Positions 63,295-64,000 of a stretch of 64,000 bases of DNA are shown in pieces. The notes below the pieces were generated by a model that worked only from the letters and a program-made list of their open reading frames with translations, had not been told where the DNA came from and did no database searches. The number at the start of each line of letters is the position of its first letter. Position 1 is the stretch's first letter. The position numbers were made by a program, and so were the translations under genes. The DNA comes from Paramoeba atlantica (taxonomy: Eukaryota; Protista; Discosea). The stretch lies in contig CDRNVI010000007.1 in the NCBI GenBank assembly GCA_977017575.1, forward strand, positions 124,001-188,000, given 5' to 3'.

Positions 63295-63367
63295 GGGAAA
63301 GCATGGTCGGGACCTCCTCCCGGTCTTCCTTAGCATTACCATTTTGTAGATGATACTAACGCCGACC
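63295..63367 (+). ncRNA. Candidate HDV-like self-cleaving ribozyme
   Basis: P1 GGGAAAG/CTTCCTT, P2 GGTCGG/CCGACC, P3 ACC/GGT, L3 TCCTCCC, P4 CATTAC/GTAGATG, J4/2 CTAA; manual fold only. Confidence 0.7.
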
Positions 63368-63586
63368 TTAGAGTAGACAACCTACTCAAATGATAGAAAT
63401 ACCGTTTCTGTAAAAATTGATTTTATCAAGTTGGCAATTTTTTCGGGGGCAGTGCAAAAAATAGTAAAACAAAAATTAGTGAATTTTTAATTAGTAGAAC
63501 TTTTTGACTATTTTACAATAAAAGTTTTACTAATTTTTGCGAGCACTGTAATTCGTGTCTTACCTTTCTTGCTCACCCCTTACCTC

Positions 63587-64000
63587 ATGACATTCAGAGC
63601 CTCAGAGACACCGAAAAAACCTCCTTGTCCCCCACCTCGAACTCCACTGCCGGAGGATCTGAAATTCGGAGCCATTCTGACGCCTAATGTGCTCCAGGTA
63701 GACTGGACCGCAAGCCAGGGCTGGGGAAAGCCCTACTTTCGGAAAACACAGAAGAAACTTCTTCTGTCCTACAGCTGCAGTGGGCTTCACTACGCGCTGT
63801 CTTGCTTTGAGGGGATGAAAGTGTATCGCGACCCCACAGGGGGACTGCGCCTGTTCCGTCCTGACATGCACGCTGCCCGGTTTCTTCGCAGCGCTCTACG
63901 TCTCACGCTACCGGGGTTTGACGAGACTGAGCTGGTGGAGCTGATCAAAATCGCTGTCCGCCGGGACCAGTCCTGGATGCCACAGCGTGAGGGCTGCACG
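63587..64000 (+). CDS. BCAT: Branched-chain amino acid aminotransferase, 5' part (runs off the window end)
   Basis: Manual translation from ATG 63587: DLKFG...GWGKP...GLHYALSCFEGMKVYR...RLFRPDMHAARF..SA.RL.LP; absent from the ORF track because there is no stop in the window. Confidence 0.93.
   Translation, partial: MTFRASETPKKPPCPPPRTPLPEDLKFGAILTPNVLQVDWTASQGWGKPYFRKTQKKLLLSYSCSGLHYALSCFEGMKVYRDPTGGLRLFRPDMHAARFLRSALRLTLPGFDETELVELIKIAVRRDQSWMPQREGCT

Noticed and set aside
1-64000. tRNA, rRNA, spliced-leader RNA and telomeric repeats
   Set aside because: None recognised by eye on either strand; tRNAscan/Infernal were not run, so small RNAs could be missed

Overview
Compact, intronless eukaryotic DNA. 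About 35 host genes all lie on the + strand, like a polycistronic directional gene cluster. SUMO, V-ATPase a and SerRS look kinetoplastid-like, so a Perkinsela-type or other non-trypanosomatid kinetoplastid is my inference, not a database result. Recognisable genes: DIM1, SP-RING SUMO E3, PhoD, SerRS, TMA7, archease, DEK-like, Pol eta, uL16m, CDF zinc transporter, DnaJ, MAP2K, VPS50-like, RING+ePHD, SUMO, PRP38B-like, QCR6, SF3B4, RPN7, V-ATPase a, eIF4G and a partial BCAT. Intergenic DNA is packed with DNA-transposon material: one intact and one decayed Merlin/IS1595 element, a pogo-like element with a non-autonomous derivative, a Tc1-like DD34E pseudogene, a TTAA-flanked piggyBac-type MITE, foldback MITEs and a gag-like remnant. 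Three signals stand out. (1) A candidate HDV-like self-cleaving ribozyme at 63295-63367, upstream of BCAT. (2) Repeated ~1 kb GC-rich islands where the + strand flips from C-rich to G-rich inside genes and overrides codon choice. (3) A 27-bp palindromic minisatellite with compensatory double changes.
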